Below, one piece after another: positions 28,946 through 36,425 of a stretch of DNA of 64,000 bases. The DNA is from Candidatus Eiseniibacteriota bacterium (GTDB lineage Bacteria > Joyebacterota > Joyebacteria > Joyebacterales > Joyebacteraceae), in contig JAUXGN010000007.1 of NCBI GenBank assembly GCA_030622115.1, positions 4,547-68,546 of the forward strand. Direction: 5' to 3'. Below the pieces are notes generated by a model. It did no database searches. It saw nothing but the letters and a program-made list of their open reading frames with translations, and was not told where the DNA came from. Within the stretch, counting starts at the first letter, position 1; the number at the start of each line of letters is the position of its first letter. The position numbers and the translations under genes are program-made.

Positions 28946-29449
28946 ATGAAACCAAGACTGCTCATCATGTTTGGTATCACTATCATTGTCCTGCTTGTGT
29001 TGAGCGGCTGCTATACCGTTCTCAGGCATCCCGCAGGTTCAACGATCGTCGACGACTCGACCTACGATAGCTCGATGTACTACGGCGGTGGCGGGCCGTG
29101 TGCCGGCTGCCACGCGGCCGCTGAGTACTACCATCCATCGTACCGGTATGGCGCCTCGCACTATCGTTGGAACAACTACTATGGGGATCCATGGTGGCAA
29201 TACGACGACTGGTGGTGGAGCGAACCGGACTATCCAGTGGGAGGCGAATACGAGGGGCCTCAAGTCGAGCAGGGCACGAGACACCTGTGGGGTGGCAGTG
29301 GCTGGGCGACAAAGGGATGGGGTGGCAGTCCTGCACCGCCGCCGCGCGCGCCTTCGTCCGTGCGTAAGCCCGAAGAGGCGGAAGCGAAGGACGACGAGAA
29401 GAAGGATGACGCTCCCGATCTTTGGCAGAACAGAAAGAAGGGTTTCTAG
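28946..29449 (+). CDS. small Trp/Tyr/Gly-rich lipoprotein with a single CxxCH motif
   Basis: AGGAGG 8 nt upstream of the ATG. MKPRLLIMFGITIIVLLVLSGC (lipobox), then PCAGCH, W/Y-rich low-complexity sequence and an acidic/lysine tail. Its stop TAG abuts the next ATG. Confidence 0.5.
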   Translation: MKPRLLIMFGITIIVLLVLSGCYTVLRHPAGSTIVDDSTYDSSMYYGGGGPCAGCHAAAEYYHPSYRYGASHYRWNNYYGDPWWQYDDWWWSEPDYPVGGEYEGPQVEQGTRHLWGGSGWATKGWGGSPAPPPRAPSSVRKPEEAEAKDDEKKDDAPDLWQNRKKGF

Positions 29450-30805
29450 ATGCCGACATACGACGCAGCAGACCGGCGCCCGATCCCGCCTGGCTGGACG
29501 GTTGCTCTCTCTTTCTTCTGCCTGACCCTCGTCGTCGCGGCGCCCGCAGTGGCCTACCACGATGAGTACGTTGCCCCGATATCCGAGATACCTCTCACAA
29601 GTCCCAATATCATTGGCGCTCGTTCTTTGGGGATGGGTGGTGTGGGCCTCGCCATCGTTGACGACGCTTCTGCGCTGGCTACGAACCCGGCGGCGCTGGC
29701 ACGGCTCAGGCGAATGGAGCTGGCTGGAGGCCTCGCTTTTCGTGGAAGCGGACGAACCGGGTCGGCCTTCGGAGGCGATATCGACACCAGGGTGACAACA
29801 ACGGATATCTCATCCTTGAGGTTTGCGTATCCGTTTCCGACTTTCCGGGGCAGTCTTGTTGTGGGCTTGTCGATCGATCAGGTCTATGACCTTGCAGCGG
29901 ATTTCCTGGTGAGCTACGAGGATTCGATCGGCTGGAACGAGCCGACTGGAGACACCACGTCGGTGTTCATGGAAGGACCTTGGGGACAGACAGAGGACTT
30001 CCTGACGAGCGGAGGTATCTACTCACTCACTTTCGGAGTGGCCTTCGACGCTTCCGAGAGCGTCTCACTCGGCGCTGCCGTCTCATATCTCTATGGAAAC
30101 TACACTGCAGATTTCCTCTACACTGCGGATGACGTGGAGGGCCTGTCCGATGGATACGATTCCTATTCGCTGCGCGTCGAGAGCGAATCGGATGTGACGG
30201 GCTTAAGATTCCGCATGGGGACTCTCCTCTATCTCACCGAATCACTATCGGCAGGCCTCGTCGTAGAGACACCGACGATTCTGAGATTCAGTGGATACGC
30301 GACTGAGCTGGGGTGTACCGTTGGCCCTGACGGATGGGAGTCCGGCGATACCTACTATTTCGAGGATGACATCGGTCTCCCCTTCTCCTTCGGGGCGGGG
30401 ATCGCCTGGAATCCCACGGATCTTGTTGCTGTCGGATTTGACTACCACTATGCCAACTGGTCCGAAATGACCTACGAAGGACAGATATTCGCCGGAGAGC
30501 GCTCCGAGCGAGAACGGACCTACGCGGCAACCTCGGATCTCCGAGTCGGCGTGGAGGTGACAATGCCGAACCTGCCCCTGCGCCTGCGTGGCGGGTACAT
30601 GACGCGGCCCGTGGCTTACCAGGGTCTCGACATAGACCAGGACAGAGCCTACTACACGCTGGGAGCCGGCATCCTCGTCGACACTGTGTTCACCATTGAT
30701 GTGGCCTGGATCGCGGGCGTATCAGAGCGCTCCGGGGCCGACTTCGATTTCGACGAGCGAATCAAAGATTCCGCTCTCGTCGTAGAAGCGGCCTACCATT
30801 TCTAA
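29450..30805 (+). CDS. outer-membrane beta-barrel protein, FadL/TodX/PorV-like family (putative)
   Basis: N-terminal motif ARSLGMGGVGLAIVDDASALATNPAAL resembles the FadL-family N-terminal hatch motif. Alternating amphipathic beta-strand pattern; C-terminal ...EAAYHF ends in Phe as in OM barrels. Start abuts the stop of the previous gene. Confidence 0.5.
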   Translation: MPTYDAADRRPIPPGWTVALSFFCLTLVVAAPAVAYHDEYVAPISEIPLTSPNIIGARSLGMGGVGLAIVDDASALATNPAALARLRRMELAGGLAFRGSGRTGSAFGGDIDTRVTTTDISSLRFAYPFPTFRGSLVVGLSIDQVYDLAADFLVSYEDSIGWNEPTGDTTSVFMEGPWGQTEDFLTSGGIYSLTFGVAFDASESVSLGAAVSYLYGNYTADFLYTADDVEGLSDGYDSYSLRVESESDVTGLRFRMGTLLYLTESLSAGLVVETPTILRFSGYATELGCTVGPDGWESGDTYYFEDDIGLPFSFGAGIAWNPTDLVAVGFDYHYANWSEMTYEGQIFAGERSERERTYAATSDLRVGVEVTMPNLPLRLRGGYMTRPVAYQGLDIDQDRAYYTLGAGILVDTVFTIDVAWIAGVSERSGADFDFDERIKDSALVVEAAYHF

Positions 30806-30839
30806 TTCTCTTGTCAGCCCCACCGCGCGAGACACAGAA

Positions 30840-30872
30840 AGGACCCAGCTGAGTTTCAGTTGGGTCCTTTCC
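30840..30872. terminator. bidirectional hairpin between convergent genes (stem AAAGGACCCA/TGGGTCCTTT, 13-nt loop)
   Basis: 10-bp perfect inverted repeat between the end of the plus-strand barrel gene (30805) and the end of the minus-strand PilZ gene (30900). Confidence 0.4.
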
Positions 30873-30899
30873 TCACAGTGAACAGAGCAGGCGGAGCCG

Positions 30900-31298
30900 T
30901 CAGTCCATACTGTGCTGACGTACGTAGTCGCCAAGTACGTCTCGCAACGCAGGCTCCAGCCCCGTGAAAAAGCAGGCGATTCGATAGCCTCCGCCGTCAC
31001 CGCCCGAGGGCTGGCATCGAACGACAACCCCCTCGGTCTTCACCACTTCGTTCTTGACCTGACCCTTCCGATCTCGAATCGGGAGTATCATGGTCAACTG
31101 CAGCTTCGTCAGCGGGGCTATGAAGTGGCTGACCTGACAGTAGATTCCCTCTGCACCGACATTGATGCTCTCGGTCGTCAGTGATTCAGCAGGGAAGCTA
31201 TCCTCTGAGCCTGACAACTGAAGGGCGATCTGCGCATCGACTCGCGTCGACTGGCGCCTCTCTCGTCCCTCCCAGTTGTCCCTGTTCTTCTCAGCCAT
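30900..31298 (-). CDS. PilZ-domain protein (putative c-di-GMP receptor)
   Basis: RRQSTR (RxxxR) near the N-terminus and a downstream NVGAEG (D/NxSxxG-like) motif; 132 aa. Confidence 0.5.
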   Translation of the reverse strand: MAEKNRDNWEGRERRQSTRVDAQIALQLSGSEDSFPAESLTTESINVGAEGIYCQVSHFIAPLTKLQLTMILPIRDRKGQVKNEVVKTEGVVVRCQPSGGDGGGYRIACFFTGLEPALRDVLGDYVRQHSMD

Positions 31299-31462
31299 GG
31301 GTCCTCCAGACGACGAGCCAGTTCAGGCAGATGAACCAAAACCCGTACGTGTCAAAGCCTAGCGGACCTTCTTCTTGTGACGATCCTTGCGACGCCTCTT
31401 CTTCAACTTGTGCTTCGCCATCTTCTTGCGACGCTTCTTCTTCAGACTTGGCATACGCCTCC

Positions 31463-31798
31463 TTACACGGACGTTGGCTCGTCGCCCGGAACCGGCAGTA
31501 CAGCCGTCCGGGGCTCACCCATCCAGTTGACCCTCTCCTTCAAAAACTTGCTCGGCTTGAACACAGGGACGATCTTCTCAGGCACGATCACCTTCTGCGA
31601 TCGATCCCTCGGGTTGTACTTCATGCTGGCCTTGCGTTTCTTGACCTTGAAGGTACCGAACTCCCTGATTTCAATGTGTCTGTGTTCGGCAAGCGCTTCT
31701 TTGATAGCGTCCAGAAGCGCCTCGACGACCACAGCCACATCACGCTTGGTCAACCCGGTCCTACCGGCTATGCGATCTACCAGATCCGCTTTGGTCAT
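31463..31798 (-). CDS. HU/IHF family DNA-binding protein
   Basis: MTKADLVDRIAGRTGLTKRDV...EFGTFKVKKRKA...NPRD matches the HU/IHF fold signature, with a short C-terminal extension. Confidence 0.8.
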   Translation of the reverse strand: MTKADLVDRIAGRTGLTKRDVAVVVEALLDAIKEALAEHRHIEIREFGTFKVKKRKASMKYNPRDRSQKVIVPEKIVPVFKPSKFLKERVNWMGEPRTAVLPVPGDEPTSV

Positions 31799-32175
31799 CG
31801 TCCACAACCTCCGCTGTGGAATCCATCATGCTCCCCTGCATCACGTGCACACAAATTCCAGAGGGCAGGACACACCAGATGTCGCTGCTCTCTTTGGCGC
31901 ACGGCGCCACTCGCCTCGTATGGCCTCGCCGCCTCCAGCTGCTTGTGGGAGAACGGCTATGAAACACACCATCTGGTGGGGCGCATCTCAGACTGCGCAG
32001 CAACACCCCATCGTGTCTCCCGGTGCGTCTCTCCGGCTCGCCACCTTGGCGAACCGATAGCGTTTCAGGGATTCGAGCGGTGTCTCATGGATAGACATAA
32101 CCAAAGTGAGACCACTTGACTCACACAACACATCCTAGCAACAGACACGGGGTCTGTCAAATGCTTTTGTGAAGG

Positions 32176-33069
32176 TCACTTGGCGGGTCTGAACAGATAC
32201 TGGGCGCCGCCACGGATGGACGCGGGTTCCAGCAGTCCGAAAACAGATCGGCCGACCAGATCCGCCAGTGTCAATCGATGAACCTTTACAGGCTCGACAA
32301 CTCGCGGGTCGCCCTCGATTCCCCCCATTCTTGCGGCCACAAGCTCTGCGTCCTCAAGAGTCCCGAGAAGATCGACGAGGCCCTCCTTGAGTGCCTGTCG
32401 CCCCGAGAAGATGCGTCCATCGGCTATCTCCCGGACGGTCTCAATGTCGAGGGTTCGCTCCATCGCGACAACCTCCATGAACTGCAAGTGAATGTCGTCG
32501 AGCGTATCCTGGAGGAGCTCACGCTCTTCGGGAGTCATCTGCCGGTTCATAGAGCCCAGATCCTTATACTCGCCGCTCTTGACAATTTCAAAGTCTACGC
32601 CGACCTTGTCGAAGAGCTCCTCGAGATTCATGAAGGACATTATCACACCGATGCTGCCGGTCAGAGTTCCTGGATTGGCCACGATCGTGTCGGCAGGACA
32701 GGCCACGTAATATCCTCCAGAGGCTGCCATTGCTCCCATAGACACAACGATCGGCATGCCGCCTTCACGGAGGGCAACGATCTCCTCGTAGATCTCCTGG
32801 GATGCAGCCACCCCTCCCCCGGGGCTATCGATCCTGAGTACGAGCGCTTTCGTGCCCCCGTCGTCCTCGAAGGATCTGAGATCAGCAATGACCTCGCGTG
32901 AATCGGCGATCACCCCCTCTATCCGCACCAAGCCGATGTGGGCGCCGTAGGTCGGAAAGCGCATCTGCTGTCCGAGAAGCGATTCTATCAAGATCATCGT
33001 GATGAGGAATATGACGAGGAGTCCGACAGTGCCGGCCAGCCACCCCCACAGACAGCCCTTCTTGGTCAT
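32176..33069 (-). CDS. sppA: signal peptide peptidase SppA (36K type)
   Basis: N-terminal TM and ClpP/crotonase-fold motifs SPGGGV and MGAMAASGGYY; 297 aa. Confidence 0.85.
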   Translation of the reverse strand: MTKKGCLWGWLAGTVGLLVIFLITMILIESLLGQQMRFPTYGAHIGLVRIEGVIADSREVIADLRSFEDDGGTKALVLRIDSPGGGVAASQEIYEEIVALREGGMPIVVSMGAMAASGGYYVACPADTIVANPGTLTGSIGVIMSFMNLEELFDKVGVDFEIVKSGEYKDLGSMNRQMTPEERELLQDTLDDIHLQFMEVVAMERTLDIETVREIADGRIFSGRQALKEGLVDLLGTLEDAELVAARMGGIEGDPRVVEPVKVHRLTLADLVGRSVFGLLEPASIRGGAQYLFRPAK

Positions 33070-33098
33070 GTTGTTTCTCCTGGGATCACAGAATCGCG

Positions 33099-33887
33099 TT
33101 ACGTTTGCTTCGTTCGGCGCCTGACTTCCTCAATGACTGCCTTCACCAGTGCATCATTCGTCGCGTCTGCCGGGTCCGTCGAACCGCTTGCCTCATCGCT
33201 TGAGTTGGGACAGACACCGCAATCGTAGCAGATATCGATCGTTCCAGCTATTCCGAGCTTCTCACGGACGCGAACCAGGTCTTCCAGGTTTGCTCTTGAG
33301 AGAGGTGATGCTCCTCCAAGCTGCCGCGCAGTCAGTGAGACCGCGGCGAAATGCTCAACTGTCTCCATGCGATAGTAGGCTTGGTAGATGTCCTCCCCGA
33401 GTGTGAGAACACCGTGATTCTTGAGCAGCATGGCGCTGTGGGTGTCAATGAATCCGCTGATCGACTGTGAAACCTCCTGTGTGGAGGGGGTTGCGTAGTC
33501 CGCCAGCGGTACGCCGCCCAATGACAGGATGACTTCGGGAAGGATGCACTGCGCCAGAGCCACGCCTGCGACCGCAAACCCTGTGGCTTTTGGCGGGTGA
33601 GCGTGCACAACACTTCCGATCTCGGGGCGGCGGTTGTAGGCGAAGAGGTGCATCCCGAGCTCCGATGTCGGTTCGAGGCGCCCAGCCAGTTTCTGTCCCT
33701 TGAGATTGACGACCACCAGATCGTCTGTTCGGAGGAACCCCTTCGACCGCCCCGTCGGTGTGACGACGATGCGATCACGGTCGATCCGAATACTGAGATT
33801 GCCGTCATTCGAGGCGACGTAGCCACGCTCCCAGATTCTCCGTCCTATCTCAACGATCTGTCGCTCGGCCTCAAACTGCGAGAGCAT
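33099..33887 (-). CDS. class II aldolase/adducin-family aldolase (fuculose/rhamnulose-1-phosphate aldolase-like) with C-terminal encapsulation peptide; BMC signature enzyme
   Basis: Zn-ligand motif VVHAHPP and catalytic Glu in EPTSELGMHLFAY. C-terminal extension CYDCGVCP, an acidic/Ser linker, then amphipathic helix ALVKAVIEEVRRR. The ATG at 33887 lies 5 nt after the BMC-P stop. Confidence 0.85.
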   Translation of the reverse strand: MLSQFEAERQIVEIGRRIWERGYVASNDGNLSIRIDRDRIVVTPTGRSKGFLRTDDLVVVNLKGQKLAGRLEPTSELGMHLFAYNRRPEIGSVVHAHPPKATGFAVAGVALAQCILPEVILSLGGVPLADYATPSTQEVSQSISGFIDTHSAMLLKNHGVLTLGEDIYQAYYRMETVEHFAAVSLTARQLGGASPLSRANLEDLVRVREKLGIAGTIDICYDCGVCPNSSDEASGSTDPADATNDALVKAVIEEVRRRTKQT

Positions 33888-33894
33888 TCTTCCC

Positions 33895-34167
33895 CTATGC
33901 CTCCACGTCGATCCTGTCGACGACTCCCACGATGAGCGTGCGAATCGGCGGATCATCAAGTCCGGTGACCAGTGCTGCAGAGGTGCCCTCGTCAACCACC
34001 AGAACAACCTCTCCGACGCCGGCTCCCACCGAGTCGATCGCCAGGAGCGAATCCCCCAACGGCCTTCGCTCGGTGTCGAGTCTCTCTATCACGAGGAGTT
34101 TGCGCCCCTCGAGTGCAGGGTGCTTTATGGTCGATACAACTTCGCCGATGATCTTTGCGAGAAACAA
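33895..34167 (-). CDS. BMC vertex protein (BMC-P, EutN/PduN/CcmL family)
   Basis: MFLAKIIGEVVSTIKHPALEGRKLLVI...AIDSVGAGVGEVVLV...IVGVVDRI shows the canonical BMC-P pattern; 90 aa. Confidence 0.85.
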   Translation of the reverse strand: MFLAKIIGEVVSTIKHPALEGRKLLVIERLDTERRPLGDSLLAIDSVGAGVGEVVLVVDEGTSAALVTGLDDPPIRTLIVGVVDRIDVEA

Positions 34168-34196
34168 GGAGTCGTCCTCATGGTCGGGTCCACGTG

Positions 34197-34454
34197 TCAG
34201 GTGTTGAGGATCGTCACGTCGTCAACGATACCCAGGATAGCTGCATCCACCGGATTGAAACGTTCCTCCAACGCCTTGCACGCCTCGCGGGATTTCACGA
34301 AGTAGATGAGTTGCCCCGGAGCAGCAGAGACCGTGTCGACGGCGACGAGTGGACGTCCCAGCTCCTGTAGATCGTGTGTCAACGGCTGTACCACCAGAAG
34401 GCGGTATCCCTTGAGGGTCTCCACCTTGACCGTGGCCCAGACGCTACCTATCAC
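34197..34454 (-). CDS. BMC vertex protein (BMC-P, EutN/PduN family), paralogue 2
   Basis: MIGSVWATVKVETLKGYRLLVV...AVDTVSAAPGQLIYF...ILGIVDDV; 85 aa. Confidence 0.85.
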   Translation of the reverse strand: MIGSVWATVKVETLKGYRLLVVQPLTHDLQELGRPLVAVDTVSAAPGQLIYFVKSREACKALEERFNPVDAAILGIVDDVTILNT

Positions 34455-34479
34455 TCTCGCCAGATGCAGTGCGCACCCC

Positions 34480-35028
34480 CTAGAAGACCTTGGATTGGAG
34501 ATCCTTGTGCGGGCGCGGGATCACCACGCTCCGGACCAGGTTCCCGCTCTTCTTGAGAAGCAGAAGCGCGGCTTCGATGGCCGCTTCGACTTGGTAGATG
34601 TCGCCCGTCACACAGAAGAACCCCTTTCCCCCGAGTCCCTTGGCCAGGCGAATCTCGATGAGTCTGATGTGCGCGGCCTTCGCGGCCGCATCAGCGGCCG
34701 CAATGGAAGCCGCTGCCGTGAAAGTCTCCACAACCCCGAGCGCGCTCAGTTCGGCGACATCAGTAGCGCCGAGCAATGCCGGAAAGACGTCGGAGTGGAC
34801 GTGCGGGATGAACAGCGTATCCACGACGACGTCTCCCCCGATCTCGATGCCCCGAGCGAGCGACGCTTCCACAGCCGATACATCACCCGCCACCAGCACC
34901 ATGTACTTCCCGGGGCAGATGGCCGTGGCGTCCAGTATCTCGACCGGAGCGCATTTCGCCATCTCGTCGGCGATGCGTATGCCAAGAGCGATGCTTATTG
35001 TCTCTATGAGGGCTATCGCTTCCCTCAA
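34480..35028 (-). CDS. pduT: PduT-like tandem-domain BMC shell protein (BMC-T) with conserved Fe-S-ligand cysteine
   Basis: 182 aa, two BMC domains. AICPGKYMVLVAGDVSAVEASLARG, VVDTLFIPHVHSDVFPALLG and RSVVIPRPHKDL align closely with Salmonella PduT ([25 protein letters not shown]...RSVIPRPHEAM) including Cys38. Confidence 0.85.
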   Translation of the reverse strand: MREAIALIETISIALGIRIADEMAKCAPVEILDATAICPGKYMVLVAGDVSAVEASLARGIEIGGDVVVDTLFIPHVHSDVFPALLGATDVAELSALGVVETFTAAASIAAADAAAKAAHIRLIEIRLAKGLGGKGFFCVTGDIYQVEAAIEAALLLLKKSGNLVRSVVIPRPHKDLQSKVF

Positions 35029-35092
35029 AGCTCCTCCTTCAAGCGGCGTCTCAGACAGATGCAGCGATCGGATCCGACAAGACCCGTCCTCG

Positions 35093-36424
35093 CTAGTTCA
35101 TGGACTCGATGACGACCTCGACGGGAGTGACGGACGTGACTCCTCCATCGATGCTGGCGTGGACACGCGCCCCAATGCCGCCGGGTCGAATCTCTCCGAT
35201 CAGATCGCCCTCCAGTACCCGCTGCCCCACCTCGACGATCGGTTCGGCCGGGTTGCCGACGTGTTGACTCATGGGCAGCACCACGCGTCGGGTCTCTTGC
35301 GTCCAGTCCTTGAGCGGAGCTGAAACGTCATAGTCCGAAAGACCCAGGCGCTGAACGAGTCGAACCGACGGGATCTGTCGGTACTCTCTCACGCCGTCCG
35401 GGCTGAGGTCCGCTCTGGTGTGAGGGTTCTCGATTCCTCTCAGTGACAGCTCCGCCTTGAGAGCGGCCAGAATACGCCGGGGCTGTATTCCCAGCGGACA
35501 GGCGAAGAGCTCACACATGCCGCACTCGCAGCAGAGGTACGCTGATGTGATGTGTGGGTGGTCCATCTCAAGCGTCGAGTACTGTATCGCTCTTATTGTT
35601 CTGTGAGGGGCGAGTTCGTGTCCGAGAAGGGCACGGGGACAGAGCTCGGTGCAGGCCATACACTGGCAGCATGCCGCCCTGGCAAGCCTGAGCACGTGCG
35701 CCTCTGTCGAGGCACGCGACGCAATCAGCGGATGCTCCTCGGAAAGCACGACGATTCCTCCAACTGTCTTCGTGACCGGTTCCGAGAGATTGTCTACTGC
35801 CAGTCGTCCCATCATGGGGCCGCCGACGATCACAGCGGGATTCTCCACGGTTGCTCCACCACTCGCGGCAACGAGATCTCCAATCGGAACACCTATCGGA
35901 ACATCGAAGGTTGCAGGCCTCTTGACGGCGCCCTGCACTGAGACCAATCGTCTGGTCACTGGACGGCCAAGAACGGCTTCTGCCACGTTGGCCAGTGTCA
36001 TCACGTTGTTCACGACCACACCGATGTCGAGCGGGATGCCTCCCTCGGGAATGACACGACCCGTGAGTTCGTAGACCAGGAGATACTCGTCTCCCGCGGG
36101 GTAGACGTCATCCAGAAACTCGAGTTCGATGCCCGGGAAACGACCAAGCTCCGATGTCAGCGCATCTCCAGCGTCGACGTTCTCTCGCTTGACGGCAATC
36201 ACCGCGCGCGATGCTCCAAGCGAATCTCGCATGAGACTCACTCCCTTGAGCACACGCTCGGGAGCGGTCGCCATTATGATTCCGTCCGAGCGGAGCAGTG
36301 GCTCGCACTCGGCCCCATTAGCGATCATCGTATCGGCCCGCCCAAGAGCCTTCACGTGCGTTGGGAAACCGGCTCCGCCGGCCCCTACGACGCCCGCCTT
36401 CTCTATGGCAGTGGCCGTTGACAT
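35093..36424 (-). CDS. pduS: PduS-like RnfC/NuoF-family Fe-S flavoprotein (BMC-associated oxidoreductase)
   Basis: N-terminal NADH/FMN-binding region (GAGGAGFPT), two ferredoxin-type clusters CCQCMACTELCP and CCECGMCELFACP; 443 aa. Its ATG follows the aldehyde dehydrogenase stop by 1 nt. Confidence 0.8.
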   Translation of the reverse strand: MSTATAIEKAGVVGAGGAGFPTHVKALGRADTMIANGAECEPLLRSDGIIMATAPERVLKGVSLMRDSLGASRAVIAVKRENVDAGDALTSELGRFPGIELEFLDDVYPAGDEYLLVYELTGRVIPEGGIPLDIGVVVNNVMTLANVAEAVLGRPVTRRLVSVQGAVKRPATFDVPIGVPIGDLVAASGGATVENPAVIVGGPMMGRLAVDNLSEPVTKTVGGIVVLSEEHPLIASRASTEAHVLRLARAACCQCMACTELCPRALLGHELAPHRTIRAIQYSTLEMDHPHITSAYLCCECGMCELFACPLGIQPRRILAALKAELSLRGIENPHTRADLSPDGVREYRQIPSVRLVQRLGLSDYDVSAPLKDWTQETRRVVLPMSQHVGNPAEPIVEVGQRVLEGDLIGEIRPGGIGARVHASIDGGVTSVTPVEVVIESMN

Positions 36425-36425
36425 T

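Noticed and set aside
29061-29078. CxxCH motif in the small lipoprotein as evidence for a c-type cytochrome
   Set aside because: Not adopted as the feature call. A single CxxCH in a W/Y/G-rich low-complexity protein with no other cytochrome c fold features may be coincidental. It is retained only as a finding to test.
31291-31518. 75-aa ORF on the minus strand between the HU/IHF and PilZ genes, encoding an acidic E/S/Q-rich peptide
   Set aside because: It overlaps the 3' end of the HU gene in another frame and the PilZ start, has no RBS, and is low-complexity. It is treated as intergenic sequence.
32176-33069. sppA as a member of the BMC operon
   Set aside because: It is only 29 nt downstream of the aldolase and may be co-transcribed, but signal peptide peptidase has no known BMC role and lacks an encapsulation peptide. 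It is treated as a neighbouring housekeeping gene.
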